NCBI GenBank assembly: GCA_051003155.1
Contig: JBPCLO010000031.1
Coordinates: 1-64,000 of the forward strand
Length of the DNA: 64,000 bases
Reading direction: 5' to 3'
From: Fimbriimonadales bacterium
GTDB taxonomy: Bacteria; Armatimonadota; Fimbriimonadia; Fimbriimonadales; ATM1
Part shown: piece by piece, positions 59,057 through 64,000 of the stretch
How the letters are laid out: every line of letters starts with the position of its first letter
How positions within the stretch are numbered: the first letter of the stretch is position 1
Notes under the pieces: model-generated
Databases searched by the model: none
Seen by the model: only the letters and a program-made list of their open reading frames with translations
What the model was told of the DNA's origin: nothing
Program-made: the position numbers and the translations under genes

Positions 59057-60800
59057 GGATCGCCTCCGGGGAATCAGGAGGGATTCTGTCTTTCTTCAAA
59101 ATAAACCTAGCTATATCCTTAAACGCGGGGCCCGCAACGACCCCACCATAGTGACCGCCGGCCCTGGGCTCATCGATCATAACCAGAACGACGGCCTTTG
59201 GGTCCTTGGCTGGAACATACCCCACGAATGAGCTAACGTAGTTCCTTCCGCGAGATGAACCGAGCTTTTGCGCGGTGCCCGTCTTGCCCGCCAAGGTGTA
59301 GCCGGGAACCCTGAGGGCCGTACCGGTGCCCGCGTCGCCTTGGATGACCTGCTGCATCATCTCCAGCACCCTGCGCGCGATCGCGGGTTTAAACATCTGC
59401 TTGCCGGGCCGAACCTTCAACGGTTCTCCGTCGACAGATTTGATGAGTCGTGGGAACATCCGGCGTCCATTGTTGGCGAAGACGGTGAACGCGCTGGCCA
59501 GCCCGAGAGGGCTCGTGTTGAGCGACTGTCCAAAACCGAGGTTTGCGGTTTGGATAGTCTTGTTGAAGTCGTTAAAATTCAGATATCCCCGCGTTTCCGG
59601 CGACAGCCCGACGTTTTGCAAATCCAACAACCCGAGGTCGATGATCATTTGCGAAAACCTCTTAAAGCCGATATCTGCCGCCCATGTCGATGCGGCAACG
59701 TTACAACTTTTCTCGATGCAGTCCGCGGGATTGACGATGCCGTGCACGTGCCCGGAAGCACAATGCATTGTGCGGTTGAAGAACTTCTTGGCACCAGTGC
59801 AAAAAGTGGTCGTGCCTTCAGAGATCGTCCCGGTATCGAGACCCAGAGCGACGGTAAAAGTTTTGAATGTCGAACCGGGCTCGAAGCGCATTCCTGTTGC
59901 TGGATTAAATTGCGGGCTGACCGTTCGCCCCTGCGACATTTTTTGCTGTGCTTTGGCGACCCGGACGGGATCATAAGTGGGCCAACTGGCAAGGGCAAGA
60001 ATATCGCCGGTCCGCGGATCGATGACGATGGCCGTGCCGTGCGAGGCGTTGTGCTTTTGACATTGGGCGTCCAGACTCTTCATGGCAGCGATCTGCAGGT
60101 CGCTGTCGATCGTCAGGACCATATTCGACCCGTTGGTGGCCATCCGCGAATCCCGTCCCACGGTCATCCAAGGGAGGAAGCTTCCAGACTTGTCCATGAT
60201 TCCCGTCATGTGCCCTGACCGGCCAGATAGAACGCCGTTCTGAGCTTTTTCCAACCCCGCCATGCCTTTCTCGTTGTCATCGACGTAGCCGAGAAGCGGC
60301 GCGGAATACGATCCTAAGGAATATTCCCGCGCACCTGCAGGCTTGACCCAAAGTCCGTCCGCGCCATACTTCGCGCGCACGCGGTTAAGTTGCACGGCCT
60401 GCTGGCTGGTGAGGACCACATCCCAGTCATTTGCCCGTCCGCGTCGAGAGACAAAGTCTATTAGCTCAGCGGCCGACAACCCGGTGATCCGGGCAACGGA
60501 AGTCCACAGCGCCGGGCTGGTTGGAACGGCCTTAGGGTCGATCCCCATTCTCTGCGAGTTAGTAGAGCGGGCGAGAATCCTTCCGTCCGAAGAATAAATG
60601 TCGCCTCGGCGCGCTAGCAGGTCTTCGGATGCGAAGAGCCGATGCGCCTCCTTAGCCGCTTCAAGAATCTTCGTTCGGCCAAACACCTGAAGCCGAACCT
60701 GGTTAAAGCCCACCCACACGAAGCCCGCAGCCAAGAGCAGCGCGGGTAGCCACGCAGGGATGGTCCCGGGCACCGGCGCTAACTCCCCACGCTTCTTCAT
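59043..60800 (-). CDS. ftsI: Class B penicillin-binding protein (FtsI/PBP3)
   Basis: RRGDIY, EPGSTFK (SxxK), SCN (SxN), KTGTAQK. Confidence 0.93.
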   Translation of the reverse strand: MKKRGELAPVPGTIPAWLPALLLAAGFVWVGFNQVRLQVFGRTKILEAAKEAHRLFASEDLLARRGDIYSSDGRILARSTNSQRMGIDPKAVPTSPALWTSVARITGLSAAELIDFVSRRGRANDWDVVLTSQQAVQLNRVRAKYGADGLWVKPAGAREYSLGSYSAPLLGYVDDNEKGMAGLEKAQNGVLSGRSGHMTGIMDKSGSFLPWMTVGRDSRMATNGSNMVLTIDSDLQIAAMKSLDAQCQKHNASHGTAIVIDPRTGDILALASWPTYDPVRVAKAQQKMSQGRTVSPQFNPATGMRFEPGSTFKTFTVALGLDTGTISEGTTTFCTGAKKFFNRTMHCASGHVHGIVNPADCIEKSCNVAASTWAADIGFKRFSQMIIDLGLLDLQNVGLSPETRGYLNFNDFNKTIQTANLGFGQSLNTSPLGLASAFTVFANNGRRMFPRLIKSVDGEPLKVRPGKQMFKPAIARRVLEMMQQVIQGDAGTGTALRVPGYTLAGKTGTAQKLGSSRGRNYVSSFVGYVPAKDPKAVVLVMIDEPRAGGHYGGVVAGPAFKDIARFILKKDRIPPDSPEAILAVR

Positions 60801-61165
60801 TTCGGTACCAAATAGGACGAGACGAAGCCGTTGAGAGACGCCCAAGATTCGATTTTCTCGGCGCTCTGCATTGCTCCCAGCTGCTGCCGAAGCACTGCGG
60901 CGTCGGCCTCCGCGCTAAGGGCGCGCGCATTCAATTGAATGGCCGACCTGCGGGCTTCCTCGATCAACAGCTGTCCGGCGAAGCCGGCAGACATGTGCAT
61001 CAAGGTCATTGTGATGGCTGTCATTAGCGAAAAACGAATCACGGCGGCCCGCGTTGCCTCTCGCCTTGCCTTGGCTCTCGCACGGGCTCCGGGATAGGCA
61101 TTCGCCCAGATCGATGATTGTCGGTCAAGAGCAACCGCCTCGTACGGTTGCAAGATTGCACTCAT
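60797..61165 (-). CDS. FtsL-like cell division protein
   Basis: Single TM helix plus coiled coil (IESWASLNGF) between rsmH and ftsI. Confidence 0.6.
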   Translation of the reverse strand: MSAILQPYEAVALDRQSSIWANAYPGARARAKARREATRAAVIRFSLMTAITMTLMHMSAGFAGQLLIEEARRSAIQLNARALSAEADAAVLRQQLGAMQSAEKIESWASLNGFVSSYLVPK

Positions 61166-62061
61166 TTAGTTTCCTCCTCTGCTCTGCCGATCGCCCTCAG
61201 TCGGGCGCTTCGCGCGTTGGGGTTGTCAGACACTTCGCTTTCCGAAGGCCTGAGCGGTTTCTTAGTTAAGACTGAATGCTCGCCGTTCGCGGCAAGCTTG
61301 CGAAAGGCGTTTTTTGCGGCTGCGTCCTCGCCCGAATGATAGGCGAGAGTTACCATTCTTCCGGCCGGCTTTAGGAGACACGCTATCTGCACAACCGTGT
61401 CTTCGAGGTCGTCGAGCTCTTGGTTGATGGCGATCCGCACAGCCTGAAATGTCCGAGTTGCCGGATGAAGTCGTTGTTCCCGTTTGGAAGCAGGTACCGC
61501 CCGCAGAACTGCCTGAACCAGGTCATCGGTCATTTTTAGGCCCCGGCCCTTTCTCAGCAAGCACACTTGGCGCGCTATTGGCCGGGCCCACTTTTCACCG
61601 CCGAACTCGCGCAAGGCCCGGGCGATCTCGCCCTCCGATGCGCGGTTGAGCCACGCGGCCGCCGTTTCCTTCGTGCTTCGGTCCATTCGCATGTCGAGCG
61701 GCGCCTCGCCGGCGAACGAGAAACCGCGAGCCGTGTCCTCGAAGTGCTGGAGGTTGACGCCGAAGTCCAGCAGAATGGCGTCCGCGCTCTTCCGCTCTCT
61801 AGCCAGCCAAGCCGGTATCTCGCGGTAGTCCGCGTTCACGAAGGTCTTCCTTCCGCTGGTCCTAGTCAAGTTGTTCTCAGCGATTTTCAGCATTTCCATA
61901 TCCCAATCAAAAGCAATCAGTTCCCCTGTTTCTCCAGCGGCTTCGAGCATCTGTTCGGCATGGCCCCCATGGCCCACGGTTCCATCTACTATCGTTGCGC
62001 CGCCTTGGATGGCAAGCAGTTCCATGACCTCCAACAGCATCGCGGGCCGATGCCGCCGCAT
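61162..62061 (-). CDS. rsmH: 16S rRNA m4C1402 methyltransferase
   Basis: DGTVGHGGH, RGFSF..EAPLDMRMD, HPATRTFQAVRIAIN, YHSGED, NPNARSARLR. Confidence 0.96.
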   Translation of the reverse strand: MRRHRPAMLLEVMELLAIQGGATIVDGTVGHGGHAEQMLEAAGETGELIAFDWDMEMLKIAENNLTRTSGRKTFVNADYREIPAWLARERKSADAILLDFGVNLQHFEDTARGFSFAGEAPLDMRMDRSTKETAAAWLNRASEGEIARALREFGGEKWARPIARQVCLLRKGRGLKMTDDLVQAVLRAVPASKREQRLHPATRTFQAVRIAINQELDDLEDTVVQIACLLKPAGRMVTLAYHSGEDAAAKNAFRKLAANGEHSVLTKKPLRPSESEVSDNPNARSARLRAIGRAEEETK

Positions 62062-62063
62062 GA

Positions 62064-62597
62064 CTACTCCGCCCTAAGGACGCCCTTCTCCGCCATTTCT
62101 CTTCGCGCCTTGGCATTCGCCTTCTTGGCAGCCGCAAACTTGTCGTGGTCAGCCTTTGGCCAAATCTCTACTCGGTCGATCGCACCGACAATCATCACCG
62201 GGCTCTTGGGCGTCAATTTCAAGTCGTCTCTCATGCGCTGAGGGATCACAAATCTGCCTTGGCCGTCTGCGCTGATGTCGTCCTCGGACATCGAGCCAAC
62301 GTCTCGCGTCTCGATGTCGCGGTCGAAGAGCGACGCCGGTTGCGAAAGGATCTCGTGAAGCTTCTGCCGCCAAACCTTTCGTGGAAGAGCCAGGATGCAT
62401 CCGACAGGATCATGGAACAGCGCGAACTTCTCCCCAAGGCGATCCTGCTTCTTCACGCTCAAACGAATACGTCCCTTGTCGTCGACCGTGGCTTCCTCAG
62501 TCCCGACCAGCGGCTCCATTGCCATCTCCTGGCTGGCGTTCGGTGCGCTTTCGCTATACATTTCCGTAAAGGGAGTAATGGCCGGAATCGCATCCAT
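62064..62597 (-). CDS. mraZ: Transcriptional regulator MraZ (start may lie ~25 codons downstream)
   Basis: Two DxxGR motifs (VDDKGRI, ADGQGRFVIP), GAIDRVEIW; first gene of the dcw cluster. Confidence 0.9.
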   Translation of the reverse strand: MDAIPAITPFTEMYSESAPNASQEMAMEPLVGTEEATVDDKGRIRLSVKKQDRLGEKFALFHDPVGCILALPRKVWRQKLHEILSQPASLFDRDIETRDVGSMSEDDISADGQGRFVIPQRMRDDLKLTPKSPVMIVGAIDRVEIWPKADHDKFAAAKKANAKARREMAEKGVLRAE

Positions 62598-62639
62598 GCA
62601 ACACCGGCCATCCGAAACTTGGGGAGAGCACCCTAGTCG

Positions 62640-62790
62640 CTCTCAAATGAAGCGTTCCCCTAGTCCATTAGAGTTACCTCCACCCAACATCCATTCTATA
62701 GCGGCGCATGCTTAGTTTAGTTATGAAATAGGGAAAAACATGGGACTAAACCAATATTTTGCATTGGGTGTCTACTGGTATTTGGATCAG
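62640..62790. promoter_or_regulatory. AT-rich dcw promoter region with possible MraZ boxes
   Basis: TGG-core pentamers spaced ~11 bp (plus: AGGGA 62730 / TGGGA 62741, TGGGT 62765 / TGGTA 62776; minus: ATGGA...GTGGA). Confidence 0.3.
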
Positions 62791-62810
62791 ATGTAGATTG
62801 AACTACACTA

Positions 62811-64000
62811 CTATTTTGGAAAATCGACCCGGTAGAGCTGAAATTCGCCCGATTCCTTCACTTTGTCCACCACGGCGCCGCCCGCCCGCATTTCCGCTGC
62901 CAGACCCTCGAATCGGTCTAGCCGGGAAATGACGAGTTCCTTCCCTTCGCGGCCCGCACGCAACTCGGCAGGTGTCTCGGCTGTCTGTGTTATCGCACCA
63001 AGATACCAAAGCATGCTGGGATGCGCCGTCTTGCCGCGCTCGCCTCTCGCTCCCGTCTGATACTCGACCACGGGAAGGCCCTCGAGCCTGGCAGCGGTGG
63101 CGACCGTTCGAGGTCCGAGATGGGTGTGGAGCCAATAGATTCGCGGTCCCAACAAAATGACAACCGCGGCCAGCGGCGCGGCAACTGCGAATCCTTGAGA
63201 TGCTGCGATCGCTCCCTCACGCCCTAGAACAAGGGCGATGATCGCACCCGTTGCCGCCGCGAACGCCGCAAGGTAAAGGGGGCTGAACGCCTCAGGAAGA
63301 TATGCCAATGCGAAAGCCAGTCCAAGGCTGGCAACAAGACCGTAGGCTACAAAAACCCAGCGCACGCCCCGAGCAGCCTTCATCCCGGTCTTCGCTAACA
63401 AGATAGCGAGCGGCGGAAAGGTCGGCAGGATGTAGTGCGGCAATTTCGATCCGGCAAAGCTGAATAGCACAAACACGACGATGGCCCATGCCCAGAGATA
63501 CTTCTCCAGCGGGGTCACCCGGCACGTACGCCAGGCTCCGGCGAGCATCAAACTGAACGGGGCCAAACCGATCAGCACCACCGGCACATACAACCAAAAC
63601 GGCCCTTGGTGCACGGTGTCAGTCCCTTGCAGCCGGCCAAGGTTCTGCTTCAAGATGAACTCCGAAAAAAAGGCGTCGCTGCGGAGCATCGCAGGAACAT
63701 ACCAGGTCGTTACGATGGCCAAGAAAATTACAGTCCCGATAACCCAGCCCTGTCTCATTCGCGGCCGCATTTCGGGATTTCGCCATGCGAGATAAACGAC
63801 AAGCGCGAAGAAAACGAACACCGGCATCGGCCCCTTGGCGAGTGTCGCGAGTCCGAGGGTGGCGGCAGTCGCCAATCGCCACCGCAAATCACCCACCAAA
63901 GACTCCCAAAACGACAGGTAGGCGGCCGTCATGAAACAGATCAGCATCGCGTCCGGTGTGAACATCCGCCCGAGCATCATGAAGAGAGCGCTCGACGCCA
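62811..64000 (-). CDS. ArnT/PMT-like (GT-C fold) glycosyltransferase, 5' end beyond the window
   Basis: LATLAKGP, PFWLYVP, FSFAGSKLPHYILPTFPPLAIL, multiple TM helices. Confidence 0.88.
   Translation of the reverse strand, partial: ASSALFMMLGRMFTPDAMLICFMTAAYLSFWESLVGDLRWRLATAATLGLATLAKGPMPVFVFFALVVYLAWRNPEMRPRMRQGWVIGTVIFLAIVTTWYVPAMLRSDAFFSEFILKQNLGRLQGTDTVHQGPFWLYVPVVLIGLAPFSLMLAGAWRTCRVTPLEKYLWAWAIVVFVLFSFAGSKLPHYILPTFPPLAILLAKTGMKAARGVRWVFVAYGLVASLGLAFALAYLPEAFSPLYLAAFAAATGAIIALVLGREGAIAASQGFAVAAPLAAVVILLGPRIYWLHTHLGPRTVATAARLEGLPVVEYQTGARGERGKTAHPSMLWYLGAITQTAETPAELRAGREGKELVISRLDRFEGLAAEMRAGGAVVDKVKESGEFQLYRVDFPK

Overview
GC-rich bacterial chromosome segment. Gene repertoire and protein style suggest Armatimonadota (Fimbriimonadales-like); this is inference. 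Most of the window is core genes: smc, a MoxR-DUF58-transglutaminase triad, holA, an actinobacterial Sdh1-type succinate dehydrogenase operon, metG, leuD, galT, serC, nusA-ylxR-infB, and a complete dcw cluster with a MurC-Ddl fusion and no murB. The most notable items are: (i) a tightly coupled operon (ANTAR regulator, nucleoside-type ABC importer, tandem-domain PTPS with a PTPS-II motif, folE, sepiapterin-reductase-like SDR, Gfo/Idh/MocA, large secreted protein) that looks like a tetrahydrobiopterin pathway joined to a transporter; (ii) an unannotated ~170-nt multi-branched RNA-like structure at 8494-8660 with a near-perfect four-way junction, next to a decayed island (HTH protein, truncated RelE/HigB toxin joined to a GIY-YIG fragment); (iii) repeated -10 boxes 5-8 nt before start codons, suggesting leaderless mRNAs, including back-to-back divergent promoters in 31 bp; (iv) several pseudogenes or lesions (AraC-DinB deletion, RAYT remnant with REPs, PEP-CTERM protein cut from its anchor, SdhA GxGxxG Gly-to-Val, a possible ACG start). 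No rRNA, tRNA or CRISPR array was found. All family assignments come from motif recognition by eye, not database searches.
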